64,000 bases of DNA, taken from positions 20,918 to 84,917 of the forward strand of contig CAZMEW010000002.1 in NCBI GenBank assembly GCA_964565405.1. Direction: 5' to 3'. Origin of the DNA: an uncultured Gammaproteobacteria bacterium (lineage in GTDB: Bacteria; Patescibacteriota; Patescibacteriia; Magasanikbacterales; UBA922). This document shows positions 36,973-47,321 of the stretch, one piece after another (the first letter of the stretch is position 1; each line of letters begins with the position of its first letter). The position numbers and the translations under genes were made by a program. Below the pieces are notes generated by a model. The model did no database searches and was not told the DNA's origin. It was given only the letters and a program-made list of their open reading frames with translations.

Positions 36973-37977
36973 TCAATCATCCTTTCGCTTCTTACCATGG
37001 AATTTTTTGTGTATATTCAGCAATTCTTTGTCAGTAATATGGGTATAAATTTGGGTCGTGGTAATAGATGCATGTCCCAACATTGATTGGACGCTACGAA
37101 TATCAGCACCATTTTGTAGCAGGTCAGTTGCGTATGAATGGCGAAGCGTATGGGGTGTAACTGACTTAGTAATTCCAGCCTCACGTGCGTGTTTTTGTAC
37201 AATACGCTGTACTGAGCGTGTACTGAGCGGTTCGTCGTACCCGTCTTTGGATTTATTTGTTGCAATTTCTTGTTTTTTACTTCGCTTATCATGTGAAACA
37301 AAGAGATACGAATGGATATCATTTCGGGCGTCTAGATATTTTTTGAGCCAGTATTTTGCCTGTTCTGAGATAAAAACTACGCGGGTTTTGCGTCCCTTAC
37401 CCGTAACCCTAAATTCATCACGCGTAAGGTTGACATCATCTTTTTTTAGTTTCACGAGTTCTGATACGCGAAGACCTGTAGAAAATAACAGCTCGAGAAT
37501 TGATTTATCTCGATAGGCAATGAGCAGTGTTGGTCCTGCCGAAATCTTTTTCCCCTCCGCCTCGAGTTTTTTAGTGTTGATATTTTTAAGGGGGGCTTCA
37601 AGGATTCGATTAAGATCGCTTCCATCGAGAAAAGATACCTCCCGATCAGGCATCTTCATGAGCTCTATTTTTTCTGCGGGGAGTGTCGGGACGTCTCGTT
37701 TAGCCAAATATTTAAGAAACGTGCGAAGTGCGATCAGATGATAGTTCTGGGTATTCTTTTTGAGTGGTTCACCGTGTACATCAATAAGACGATTAAGCCA
37801 CAATCGAAATTGGCGAACATCTTCGTAGGTGAGGTCAGATGGTTTTTTGTTCGGACCAAACCACTCAACGAAACGTTTAAGATAAAAATCGTAGTTTTTG
37901 GTGGTTTTGTCACTTCGATTCTTCTCAATTTCAAGATGTTCGAGAAAATCAGTTTTGTATTGTGACAATGTTTGCAT
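36973..37977 (-). CDS. XerC/XerD-family tyrosine recombinase (chromosomal)
   Basis: SAM-like N-domain, RD..ILELLFSTGLRVSEL, GKGRKTR, TPHTLRHSYATDLL and LGHASITTTQIYTH. Confidence 0.92.
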   Translation of the reverse strand: MQTLSQYKTDFLEHLEIEKNRSDKTTKNYDFYLKRFVEWFGPNKKPSDLTYEDVRQFRLWLNRLIDVHGEPLKKNTQNYHLIALRTFLKYLAKRDVPTLPAEKIELMKMPDREVSFLDGSDLNRILEAPLKNINTKKLEAEGKKISAGPTLLIAYRDKSILELLFSTGLRVSELVKLKKDDVNLTRDEFRVTGKGRKTRVVFISEQAKYWLKKYLDARNDIHSYLFVSHDKRSKKQEIATNKSKDGYDEPLSTRSVQRIVQKHAREAGITKSVTPHTLRHSYATDLLQNGADIRSVQSMLGHASITTTQIYTHITDKELLNIHKKFHGKKRKDD

Positions 37978-38162
37978 AAAAAAATAAATTTGTGTCGCAC
38001 AATACAGTATAGCAGGAAAATTTTTATTTTTCTAGTAAAAATGTCAAAAAAAGGGATTGACAAAAGGCATTTTTTATGGTATAGTATATAACGTTGCAAC
38101 ATAAAAAAAGATCTAGGCGAAGCTTTTGCGAAGCCAGATACAAAAAACAAATAAACAAACAT

Positions 38163-38291
38163 ATGCAACAGAAATATATGGCGACAGACGCCGCAAAGTC
38201 TGAGTTCTCTTTAGTATATTATTATCTTGCGACAGGGATAGCTATTGCGCTGGCAGTATTTATCTTTGTTCCTCGTTTAACATTAAGGTGA
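38163..38291 (+). CDS. small single-TM protein (42 aa)
   Basis: Downstream of TTGACA-17-TATAGT (38057-38085); hydrophobic C-terminal helix. Confidence 0.4.
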   Translation: MQQKYMATDAAKSEFSLVYYYLATGIAIALAVFIFVPRLTLR

Positions 38292-38352
38292 AAAGTGGAA
38301 GCGGCCCACCCGGGCTGCTTCTGTACACCAATTTTTATTTAATTAATCATGT

Positions 38353-39318
38353 ATGTTTAAGAAATTAGCTATAATAACTACATTAGCGCTCGCACTTGGG
38401 TCGGTAAGCATTCCTCGGTATGTAGTAGCAACTACCGATGATACCGTGTCGGTCGAAGTGGAGAGTCAGGTAGAAGTAAGTGCGGACACCAGCTCCACTG
38501 CCAGTGGAGAGGAAACGTCTACTTCCCCATGGAAACTGTTTGTCCTCGGAGTGAGAGAGCGACTATCACTCCTGACAACCTTTGATCCAGTAAAAAAGGC
38601 AGAGAAAGCCCTCAAGTTCGCCGAAGAGCGAACCAAAATAGCGGAAAAACTCGCTGAGAAGGCAGATGATCCAAAAGTGCAAGAACGTTTGGATAAGGTA
38701 CTCAAAAGGGCAGCAAGTCTGGAAGAAAGAGCGGATAGTGTCAAAGACCGGTTGCTCGATAATCCAGATGCCCGAAAAAAATTACTTTTGAAAAATTTGT
38801 TGAATTTTAAAGAACACAAAGAAGAAGTGTTTTCAAAGTTGGAAGAAAAACTAAATCCAGAACAAGTTGAAAAATTAAAACAACTTCACTCCCAAGCCGA
38901 AGAAAAGAGTAAGGCGTTATTAAACGCACTTGAAAATGAAAATCTTCCAGAAGAAATTCGAGAACACCTCGAAGGAGTAAAAGCAAAGATGGAAGAGAAC
39001 AAAAAAGAAGCTGAAGAGTTTCGCGGCGCGCAACAAGAGCTTATTGATCGCATTAAATCTGGAGATGAAGCTGCAAAAGAAGAATTACAGACGCTTCGAG
39101 AAGATAGAGCAGCAGAGATTAAAGTAAACGTCGAAGAACGGGTTGAAAAACGGGAACAATTAAAAGAAAATCTAAAGGTCAATGCTTCGACTACCCGCCC
39201 TCAAGTGCGACCTATCAAAAATAATCTTGAAGGGGAAGAAAAAAAGGTAGAGTCACGCTCTGAAACTCGTCCGCAGGTTCGCCCGATATTACCTCTTCGG
39301 GAAAGACCACAGAATTAA
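38353..39318 (+). CDS. secreted coiled-coil protein (DUF5667-like N-domain)
   Basis: Signal peptide, E.LSL..TFDPVKKAE..L.FAEER motif, Glu/Lys-rich helices, twice-repeated TRPQVRPI tail. Confidence 0.7.
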   Translation: MFKKLAIITTLALALGSVSIPRYVVATTDDTVSVEVESQVEVSADTSSTASGEETSTSPWKLFVLGVRERLSLLTTFDPVKKAEKALKFAEERTKIAEKLAEKADDPKVQERLDKVLKRAASLEERADSVKDRLLDNPDARKKLLLKNLLNFKEHKEEVFSKLEEKLNPEQVEKLKQLHSQAEEKSKALLNALENENLPEEIREHLEGVKAKMEENKKEAEEFRGAQQELIDRIKSGDEAAKEELQTLREDRAAEIKVNVEERVEKREQLKENLKVNASTTRPQVRPIKNNLEGEEKKVESRSETRPQVRPILPLRERPQN

Positions 39319-39320
39319 AG

Positions 39321-39352
39321 AAAAAAGACTGGTTGAAAACCAGTCTTTTTTT
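39321..39352. terminator. intrinsic terminator
   Basis: AAAAAAGACTGGTT-gaa-AACCAGTCTTTTTT. Confidence 0.8.
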
Positions 39353-39369
39353 CGGTATGCTTATGCTCT

Positions 39370-39846
39370 ATGAAATATGATTTGGTTTTGATCTTGCCTA
39401 ATATCCGCTCCTGCCATAACGTAGGAGCTATGTTTCGGACAGCTGATGCCTGCGGATTTGGTAAGCTCTACCTCGTAGGATACACGCCAGTGCCACCGAG
39501 GAAAGAAATTGATAAAGTAGCCCTAGGTGCAGAGAAAAGCGTTGCCTGGGAGCAAAAACAAAGCTTAGGCAGGCTTATTCTTTCACTCAAAAGAAAGGGG
39601 TATACAATTGTTTCTTTGGAAAAGACAAACGAGAGTAAAGAATTGAATGTTCTCACCAAAAAGATACTTGGAGAAAAAATTGCACTCATCGTAGGGAATG
39701 AGGTTGACGGAATTGATAAAAAAACAATTGAAAAAAGTAATTACATCGTACACATTCCTATGCGAGGTGTAAAAGAAAGTCTCAATGTGTCTGTAGCGGC
39801 GGGTATTGCGATGTATACAATAAGTGACAAGGTGTATAGAGCATGA
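39370..39846 (+). CDS. TrmH/SpoU-family RNA methyltransferase
   Basis: NIRS.HNVGAMFRTAD, VGNEVDG and IPM.G.KESLNVSVA (SPOUT motifs). Confidence 0.92.
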   Translation: MKYDLVLILPNIRSCHNVGAMFRTADACGFGKLYLVGYTPVPPRKEIDKVALGAEKSVAWEQKQSLGRLILSLKRKGYTIVSLEKTNESKELNVLTKKILGEKIALIVGNEVDGIDKKTIEKSNYIVHIPMRGVKESLNVSVAAGIAMYTISDKVYRA

Positions 39847-39930
39847 TACTAGGAGCTTGAAAAAAGCTCTTAATTTGTTATATTGTAAGTACTTAATCAC
39901 CAATTTTAGAGATATTGTAGATAAAAACCT

Positions 39931-40974
39931 ATGTCTGTAGATCCATCACTCCATTTTGTTCGTTCATTACCAGAAGGCACGGTAAATCGCAAAGAAGTGA
40001 GTATATCGATTAGAAGGATTTTGGAAGAAGCTGAAAGTTTGGGAATTATCTGGGAAATCATACCTGATACAGATATTGTTCGACTGAGCTATAAGGATAA
40101 GGTACAAGTCTTTAGAGCTGGTTTTCCAAACACCACGAGTTATAATGCGGCAGAGATTTGTTATGATAAGCAACTGTGCAAAAAGGTTCTCGAGAAAGCT
40201 GGATTAGAGGTTATGCCGGGATTTATGGTGTATGAAAAAGACTCAGAGGAGCGTATCAAATCCATGTGGGATACTCTACAAAAACCAGTAGTATTGAAAC
40301 CAGCAAAAGGTTCTCGTGGTAAGGGGGTGGTAATGGACATTACGGATTTTTCTCAATGTTTGAGTAATATTCATGAGTATTTTAAAGCACCTCTCTATGA
40401 AGGGGGTCTAATATTGGAGGAGATGTTTGTTGGAAAAGAATATCGAATCATGGCTACACCAGAAAAAACTTTGGCGGTATTAGAAAGAATTCCTGCACAT
40501 GTGATTGGTGACGGCGAGCATACGATTGAACAACTGATTGAAATCGAGAATAAAAATCCAATGCGCAACATTTCTCAAATAATTTACCCCCACATTGCAC
40601 TGAATAGTACTTCTCTTGAACTACTTAATAAACAAAAATTAACCAGAGCATCAGTACCCGAGAACGGGCAACATGTGGTACTTCAGAATATTTCTAATAT
40701 CATGGCCGGGGGGGTGGCGGTAGATAGAACTGATGAAGCACATGAGTCAGTCAAAAGAATCGCGGTAGAAGCGGTGCGCGCAATCCCAGGGCTCGGCTGG
40801 ACAGGTATTGATTTTATGACCAAAGATATCGAAGGACCACAATCAAAAGGCACCTACACAATTATTGAAATGAATTCTTCTCCTGAGTTCGATATGCACG
40901 ATATGCCTATGGAAGGAAAGCCCCGAGGAGTGACCAAAGAGTTTTTATTTACAATGTTTCCGGAGTTACGTTAA
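39931..40974 (+). CDS. ATP-grasp ligase, cyanophycin-synthetase/GshAB-type ATP-grasp domain alone
   Basis: DK.L.K..L, PVVLKP..GS.GKGV, EYR, R.PAHVIGDG.HTI.QLI...N.NP.R, GIDF and IIEMNSSP. Confidence 0.85.
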   Translation: MSVDPSLHFVRSLPEGTVNRKEVSISIRRILEEAESLGIIWEIIPDTDIVRLSYKDKVQVFRAGFPNTTSYNAAEICYDKQLCKKVLEKAGLEVMPGFMVYEKDSEERIKSMWDTLQKPVVLKPAKGSRGKGVVMDITDFSQCLSNIHEYFKAPLYEGGLILEEMFVGKEYRIMATPEKTLAVLERIPAHVIGDGEHTIEQLIEIENKNPMRNISQIIYPHIALNSTSLELLNKQKLTRASVPENGQHVVLQNISNIMAGGVAVDRTDEAHESVKRIAVEAVRAIPGLGWTGIDFMTKDIEGPQSKGTYTIIEMNSSPEFDMHDMPMEGKPRGVTKEFLFTMFPELR

Positions 40975-41008
40975 TAGAGATATACATAAAAACCGGCCAA
41001 GCCGGTTT

Positions 41009-41920
41009 TTATGATAAGTCCATAAATACGGCAGCCAATTTTTCTTTGAGGGTTTTGAAGACTGGGTGGTCAGCATTCGGCAGAAGTCCAAGTTCGGAGT
41101 TCATTTCTATGATTTTGTACCCCTGAGGAGTGGAAGCAAAATCAATGCCGTAAAATCTATGAGGGATGTGTGAAAAATGACGATCAATGGTTTTGGTAAT
41201 TTCAAAAATATCTCGAGGGAGTTTTTTCAATTCAACCATTGTAAACGTTCCACCCTGAGATACATTTGCGATCAGGCTCCCCTTTGGAGGAGTGCGAACA
41301 TACGAATAAAGAATTTCTCCATCAAATATTGCTACTCGCAAATCATGGGTTCCTTTGATAATGTTGGGGATCCCCTCTGAGCTATCAAGGAATTCAGATA
41401 CTACCGCAGGAAACATAAGCTTTCTTTCGTGTTTCTTAAAATATCTTTTTTCTTCGATCTTCACTCCAATGCCTTCAGCGCCAGCGTAGGGTTTGAAGAC
41501 TATATGCGTAGTGGTAATTTTGGGCAGAATAGAGTAGAGCTCTTGAGGGTTGGTAACAAAGAATGTTAATGGACAAAATTCAGAAAAATTCTGAAACATG
41601 AGCCATTTGTTATTGCAGATCAGGTTTAAGTGTGGAACATTGAAAACAGGGACGGTATTATCGGACACAAATAAACCTTTATCAAAAATTACCTCAGCTG
41701 TGATAGGCCCAGTCTCTTTAAGAGCACCGTCCTCAATAATCCATGATCGCGAAAAAGAACCGTTTCCTAAATATGTTTTTTGATCTCGTACAATATAGAA
41801 CTGTCCACCTTGAGTTGTGATCTCCTGTGATAATTCAGAATAAGCAGTCCAGTAATCACCTTTTGAAAAGGGCTCATCCATTGCTCCTGGGTGTCTGAAA
41901 AACACGGCAACTTTTTTCAT
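41009..41920 (-). CDS. ATP-grasp protein, RimK/YheCD-like
   Basis: NNKW, VFKP..G.EG.GV, HDLRV, ANVSQGG, YGIDF and IIEMNS. Start taken at ATG 41920. Confidence 0.82.
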   Translation of the reverse strand: MKKVAVFFRHPGAMDEPFSKGDYWTAYSELSQEITTQGGQFYIVRDQKTYLGNGSFSRSWIIEDGALKETGPITAEVIFDKGLFVSDNTVPVFNVPHLNLICNNKWLMFQNFSEFCPLTFFVTNPQELYSILPKITTTHIVFKPYAGAEGIGVKIEEKRYFKKHERKLMFPAVVSEFLDSSEGIPNIIKGTHDLRVAIFDGEILYSYVRTPPKGSLIANVSQGGTFTMVELKKLPRDIFEITKTIDRHFSHIPHRFYGIDFASTPQGYKIIEMNSELGLLPNADHPVFKTLKEKLAAVFMDLS

Positions 41921-42020
41921 AGATTTTGTATTTATGAGAAGTGAGCCATATCTTATCATGTTTTTGCAAAAAATCAACCCATACCGTATAGTGTGAATTA
42001 TAAATAAATAAGTCTCAAAT

Positions 42021-42695
42021 ATGAATACTGTTGTATTTGATATTGAAACAATTCCGGTTGAATTTGATGGATTAGATTCCGAATGTCAGGAGTATCTGCT
42101 TAAATTTGCGAAAACTGATGAAGAAAAAGAAGATGTAAAGCAGCAAATGGCACTCTGGGCCCCTACGAATCAGATTGTCGCAATCGGAATGCTCTCAGTA
42201 GAGAGCGGGAAGGGGGCTGTGTATTTCCAGACTTCAAAAGAAGGCGTTGAATCGTATGAAAAAGATGGAATTAAGTACGAATGCGGGGGAGAAAAGGAAA
42301 TTCTTGAAAAATTCTGGAAGGCCATCTCGTTTTCACAGAAATTTGTGACTTTTAATGGTCGAGGATTTGATTGTCCAGTCCTCATGCTTCGCTCAGCAAT
42401 GGTTGGAGTAAAGCCGACTAAAAATCTTTCACCCTATCGCTACAGTACCGATGTACATGTGGATCTTCTTGAACAATTGACCTTCTATAACGCCTGCCGT
42501 AAATTCAATCTTGATTTTTATTGCAAAGCATTTGGTATTAAGTCCCCAAAATCAAATGGGGTAAATGGACATGAGGTATTACCCTTCTTCAGGGAAGGAA
42601 AATGTAAGGAAATTGCTGAATATTGCGCAGGGGATTTGCATGCGACGAAAGAGTTATATATACGATGGAAAGAGAACTTATCTTTTCAGCATTGA
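42021..42695 (+). CDS. stand-alone 3'-5' exonuclease, PolB-like DEDD/RNase H fold
   Basis: VFDIET (ExoI), VTFNGRGFD (ExoII) and YCAGD (ExoIII). Confidence 0.88.
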   Translation: MNTVVFDIETIPVEFDGLDSECQEYLLKFAKTDEEKEDVKQQMALWAPTNQIVAIGMLSVESGKGAVYFQTSKEGVESYEKDGIKYECGGEKEILEKFWKAISFSQKFVTFNGRGFDCPVLMLRSAMVGVKPTKNLSPYRYSTDVHVDLLEQLTFYNACRKFNLDFYCKAFGIKSPKSNGVNGHEVLPFFREGKCKEIAEYCAGDLHATKELYIRWKENLSFQH

Positions 42696-42839
42696 TTATT
42701 TTGAATAGAAACGATCAACGAACAATGTGCAACAAGCGAATTTGAATTAAGGTCGTCGATCGTAGATTATTGTTCGTTGAGAAATTCTTGATATGTGTTA
42801 CGTGATATGTGTTACGTGCTGTGCTATACTATCTCCACT

Positions 42840-43544
42840 ATGCAACCTATTGTCCAACACACACTATCAATCTACGAGACCATTCTCAATCGTCTCCCCC
42901 CATTAGTTCCTCAAAATATAAAACAAGCCCTGGAGGTGGAACTTGATCGTCTGTATAGAATAGAAGATCCTTCTCTTGGTGAAATTGAGCAATCTATGTC
43001 AGAGTATGGGATGAAAGTATGGCCGTATATTAAGGCGTTTGAAGAAATCATGGCATCCCATGAAGGACTTATTGCAGATAAGATTTTTATACAAAAAGCT
43101 TCTCTTCCGCTTCGCAAGAAGTATCTCTTGGTACGGGGACTCGGTGGGGGATTTCAATCAGTATATACTGGCTCTCTACGTGAACATTTTGACCATAATG
43201 AGAGGCGAGAGTTGAATGAACTTTTGGTAGACCTGAAACGTGATATTCGCCGCTATGCAATGCAGGCCGTATTGACCCATGATCGGAAAACATACGAAGA
43301 GAAAATCGAATATTATGGCCGTATGATCGAAGAAATTAATACCGTGGTCGGCTTGCTTCGTGAGATTGCCAAAGACCAGGGTGAAGATCATTATGATCTG
43401 GCGCTTGATGTACAGAGTAACATCAAAGCCATCGAACATAGCGTTGCATTTCTTGGTCCGATGATTAAGATAGAAGAAATCCGTCAGATGCCTGAATATT
43501 ATCACGGGAGGAGAGAAGAACGGAGAGTGCGGTGGGGAATATAA
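42840..43544 (+). CDS. hypothetical alpha-helical protein
   Basis: Long ORF; ATG 42840 follows TATACT; bidirectional terminator at 43549-43578. Confidence 0.7.
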   Translation: MQPIVQHTLSIYETILNRLPPLVPQNIKQALEVELDRLYRIEDPSLGEIEQSMSEYGMKVWPYIKAFEEIMASHEGLIADKIFIQKASLPLRKKYLLVRGLGGGFQSVYTGSLREHFDHNERRELNELLVDLKRDIRRYAMQAVLTHDRKTYEEKIEYYGRMIEEINTVVGLLREIAKDQGEDHYDLALDVQSNIKAIEHSVAFLGPMIKIEEIRQMPEYYHGRREERRVRWGI

Positions 43545-43562
43545 AACAAAAAAACCGGAGCG

Positions 43563-44861
43563 TTACTCCGGTTTTTTTGTTTCTGTTTCTATTTCAGTCA
43601 TCTGCTCGAGTCGTCTGATGTCTGCAAGAAGTTCTGATTTTTCTGGGTTGAAGAGAAGAATATTGAATACACTCGTGCCACCATGCTTGGCATACGTGCA
43701 CAAATCCCCGATTTTTTTGTTTACAATAATTTCTTTGAATGATTTGAGCTCCTGTGCCCGTTTCACTCCTGTTAACTTACTCAAGTACCCTTCTTTTTTT
43801 GCAAAAAATTTCATGTACACTGTATGTCCTTTGATTTTTCGTTTGATGTGTACCTGCTCTGGTATACGAATCAGAATATCATTGGCTGTATGGTTGATTC
43901 CGTATGAATATTCGTACATTTGTTGTCGGTAACCACCTACTCGAGCAGCAAGTTCAATAATTTTCCATCCAGCTTCAGTCTTCATAAGCTCAATATGTGC
44001 GGTAGTACTGCGAAGCGCGAGTGCTTTGATTGCTTGGCGTGCAACATCACGTGCGGCGGATGTACTTTCTTCATTGAGACCGGTTGGAGTCATCTGCTGA
44101 TATCCAAAAAAATCGTCAAATCCGATTGATCGTCCGGTTTTAATATGTACCATTGGAACAAAATATACTTTTCCTCTACCAGAAACGTAGGCATCGACTG
44201 AATACATGTCGCCATCCATGAATTGTTCGACGAGTACCTGTGGTTTCCAGTTACCGCCAGTCTCTTGATAGACTGAATTAATTTTTTTGAATACCTTTTT
44301 AAGACTCGCTTCGAGTTCTTCTTTGTGAAAACAGATAGTCACCAGCCTGCTTGCTGCGAGACCTGTTGGTTTTACCACGAGAGGGAATCCGACTTTTTGC
44401 TCGATTCGATCTAGGGAAGCTTTGGTCGTGTCAGTGACGATAGTATATTCAGGCGCGATTTTTTTGTTATAGGTATAGAGACGTCTCCGCATACTGAGTT
44501 TATCAGAGGCCCAGTGGAGTGATTCGGTGGTAGGAGTACGCAAATACGGTACAAAGGGGATAACTCGAGCAAACATTTCCATATAGTCTTCTCCGCGGCA
44601 AGAAATTGCGAGAAGTTGGTCTTCATAGGGTAGGAGAGTTTCCTGGATTGCTCTCTCTGAGAATGTGTCACAAGTCAGAGCGATATCAATACTTTTTAGT
44701 AATTCATCAGTCGGAGCGTGGCGTTTTTCTTTTGCATCATATAAAAGCGCAATTCGTAATTTGCGTTTGCTTTCTTTTTCATACGCACGAAGAGAAGTAA
44801 CCATGTATGGTTGGATTTTTCCCACGTAGAGTACGATATTCTGTTTATGTTTGGAAGACAT
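43563..44861 (-). CDS. ATP-grasp protein, L-amino-acid-ligase-like
   Basis: SDK..MR, FPLVVKP.GLAAS.LV, LVEQFMDG..YSVD and AHIEL...GWKIIEL.AR.GG. Confidence 0.85.
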   Translation of the reverse strand: MSSKHKQNIVLYVGKIQPYMVTSLRAYEKESKRKLRIALLYDAKEKRHAPTDELLKSIDIALTCDTFSERAIQETLLPYEDQLLAISCRGEDYMEMFARVIPFVPYLRTPTTESLHWASDKLSMRRRLYTYNKKIAPEYTIVTDTTKASLDRIEQKVGFPLVVKPTGLAASRLVTICFHKEELEASLKKVFKKINSVYQETGGNWKPQVLVEQFMDGDMYSVDAYVSGRGKVYFVPMVHIKTGRSIGFDDFFGYQQMTPTGLNEESTSAARDVARQAIKALALRSTTAHIELMKTEAGWKIIELAARVGGYRQQMYEYSYGINHTANDILIRIPEQVHIKRKIKGHTVYMKFFAKKEGYLSKLTGVKRAQELKSFKEIIVNKKIGDLCTYAKHGGTSVFNILLFNPEKSELLADIRRLEQMTEIETETKKPE

Positions 44862-44928
44862 AGTCCAACATATATAAAATCAAAAAATGTTCGCTATTTT
44901 TATCATAAAATAGCGTTCTTGTCAAGTA

Positions 44929-45900
44929 TTAAGGAAGCTTTTTTGGCTCAATAGAGCTGTATTTTTTGATAATTTTTGAAATTTGTATTGTATTCTGGAG
45001 ACCTGTGTGACCGCCAAAGCGCTGTACAACTGACGAAGCGTTAGCACTACCCCACCGCATTGCTTCAACGATTGAATGTTTTTTGAGGATTGCAGCCATG
45101 AATCCACTTGCATATGCATCACCCGCACCAGTACGCGACACTGTTTTGACAGGAAAACATGCCATATGATGTATTATGCCGTTCTCAGATACATACGAAC
45201 CGCGACTACCGTCAGTAACAATTACGGTCTCAACCCCCGCGTGATGTAATAAAGAACACAGTTCTTTGATGTCAGCACTTTTTTTAGTTAATTTTTGTGC
45301 CTCTTCTTTGTTTACAAACAAAAAGTTAATGTAGGGGAGTAATTTTTTTGTATGACCGACCCCTTCAGCGCATTGATACGAACCCGGATTACAGGCAAGA
45401 ATAGTCTCTGGATGTCTTTTTTTATATAGTATTACATTTTTTTGGACCCTCTCAAATGTTTTACCAAGCGAAGTGTAGTAAATAGCCCTTGTAGAACCTA
45501 ATGCAGGAGGTGAGTAGACTCTTTTGGCATGGTATGAAAGGATTGTTCGTTCGCTTTTATAATTTAATACAACTGAATAACGGGTTTCTTTCCCCTTATT
45601 TATTTTAATATATCGTGTATCAACTCCAAGATGAGCCAAATCTTCTCTGATAACGAGTCCATTGGTATCATCACCAACTTCAGTAACTATCGCTGTTCGT
45701 AGACCCAGTTTTTGAGCCCCTACGGCCACATTTGCTGCGTTCCCGCCAACTCCCTGGTGCGCACCTGTAATGGGTATTTTTTCTGCATATGTAAAACACA
45801 ACTGACATTCGTTTGTTTTTACATCGCAATTAAGGGTTGCGTCGTCAATCTGGAGAAAGGTGTCAATCGTTGAATCTCCGATCGTTATGATATCGTACAT
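44929..45900 (-). CDS. PfkB-family carbohydrate kinase
   Basis: GGNAANVAVG..KLG, VGDD, VNKEEA, VTDG..GS and TGAGDAYASGF. Confidence 0.92.
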   Translation of the reverse strand: MYDIITIGDSTIDTFLQIDDATLNCDVKTNECQLCFTYAEKIPITGAHQGVGGNAANVAVGAQKLGLRTAIVTEVGDDTNGLVIREDLAHLGVDTRYIKINKGKETRYSVVLNYKSERTILSYHAKRVYSPPALGSTRAIYYTSLGKTFERVQKNVILYKKRHPETILACNPGSYQCAEGVGHTKKLLPYINFLFVNKEEAQKLTKKSADIKELCSLLHHAGVETVIVTDGSRGSYVSENGIIHHMACFPVKTVSRTGAGDAYASGFMAAILKKHSIVEAMRWGSANASSVVQRFGGHTGLQNTIQISKIIKKYSSIEPKKLP

Positions 45901-45902
45901 AC

Positions 45903-46220
45903 TTATCTCAATTTTTTAACCTGTTCCAATCTATCAGGGTTATGTTTATGTAATCCAGTGAGAATTTCGATAAATTCAATAAGTGAGTTGAGTCCGAATG
46001 TAGCGAATGCGAGTACAAAAATTAGATTTCGTATATACAATGCGTACACGAGAAGACAGACGGCGCCGAGTACGAATACAAGGTCTTGTCTGCGCTCGGC
46101 CTCGAGAAATACGCCGTATGAAAGAAAAATAATTCCAAGTCCGGCTACCACATATACTAACGTTTCTAAAATTGATGAAGGTAGCACAGGCAACCATGTT
46201 TCAAGAAGCATACATTTCAA
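45903..46220 (-). CDS. small multi-pass membrane protein
   Basis: Three hydrophobic segments; co-oriented with and abutting the pfkB gene. Start may be ATG 46211. Confidence 0.7.
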   Translation of the reverse strand: MKCMLLETWLPVLPSSILETLVYVVAGLGIIFLSYGVFLEAERRQDLVFVLGAVCLLVYALYIRNLIFVLAFATFGLNSLIEFIEILTGLHKHNPDRLEQVKKLR

Positions 46221-46348
46221 ACTTAAAACTCAAAAATAAAAATCTAAAACTAGATTCAGTATAACATAAGAAGTGTAAAACCAAAATCTATTAATTTGAT
46301 ATGACAGGTCTTGAAGGATTAGATAATATAGAAAGAATAGAAAGAAAT

Positions 46349-47317
46349 CTATTCTTCCCACTTATTGACGTATTCAATTGCTGAGAGAGCTGCGGTAACT
46401 CCCTGTCCAGCAGCAATCACGATTTGTTTGTAGGGAACTGTAGTCACATCTCCTGCTGCAAAGATTCCAGGAATTGAGGTTGCACATTTGAGATCAACGA
46501 CAATCTCTCCTAATGGAGTTTTGTGTACAATCGAGGCAAAGCCCGAGTTTGGGATATTACCAATATGAATCATGACGCCATTGGCGGCAACATCTTTTGT
46601 TTCGTTGGTGGCGATATCACGATAGGTAATACCTTCGACCATGTCAGCTCCCTTGATGTCGATAGTTTGGGCCGCATAAATAATTTCAATGTTCTTCGCT
46701 TTTTTTACTTTATCAATCAAGATGTTTTCACCCTTTGGAAATCCTCCCTTAGTTTCCTTAGTATTAGGGAACTTAGTAATCAAAAATACTTTTTGTGCGA
46801 GTTCAGACATCATAAGAGCTGATTCGAGGGCCGCATTACCTGCTCCAATCGTCACCGTGACCTTTCCTCGGTAGAGAGGTCCATCGCATACGGTGCAATA
46901 GGTAACACCCTTACCTCGAAGTTCTTTTTCCCGGGGAATACCCAATTCTCGAGGGTGAATTCCACTTCCGATCAGTACTGTTTTGGTATAGTAATTTTTT
47001 TCCTCTTTTGAATAATTCTGTGTTTTTACGACAAAATAATTATTCTCTTTCTCGATGTCGATTACTTCATATCCGGTATCGGCTTTTATGCCGTATGATT
47101 CTGCATGTTTATAAAAATCCTGTGCAAGCTGAAATCCAGTCGTGTGAATAATACCTGGCCAGTTCTCTACTTCTCCTGAGAGGGCAACTTCTCCTCCGAT
47201 GTCTTTGGTTACTATTGCAAATTTGAGATTTCGTCGTGCCGCATAGACTGCCGCAGCGCATCCTGCAGCTGCAGCACCGATAATCACGAGGTCATAAAGT
47301 TCATTTTTTTGAGACAT
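46349..47317 (-). CDS. trxB: thioredoxin-disulfide reductase
   Basis: FAD-binding start, VENWPG, GVTYCTVCDG (CxxC), GAGNAALE, GIFAAGD and QI..AAG.G. Confidence 0.9.
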   Translation of the reverse strand: MSQKNELYDLVIIGAAAAGCAAAVYAARRNLKFAIVTKDIGGEVALSGEVENWPGIIHTTGFQLAQDFYKHAESYGIKADTGYEVIDIEKENNYFVVKTQNYSKEEKNYYTKTVLIGSGIHPRELGIPREKELRGKGVTYCTVCDGPLYRGKVTVTIGAGNAALESALMMSELAQKVFLITKFPNTKETKGGFPKGENILIDKVKKAKNIEIIYAAQTIDIKGADMVEGITYRDIATNETKDVAANGVMIHIGNIPNSGFASIVHKTPLGEIVVDLKCATSIPGIFAAGDVTTVPYKQIVIAAGQGVTAALSAIEYVNKWEE

Positions 47318-47321
47318 AGTA

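Noticed and set aside
36973-37977. Tyrosine recombinase next to tRNA-Arg as the integrase of an island
   Set aside because: It has a housekeeping XerC/D-like sequence and lies outside the att-bounded element. tRNA-Arg is intact and I found no duplicated 3' fragment of it.
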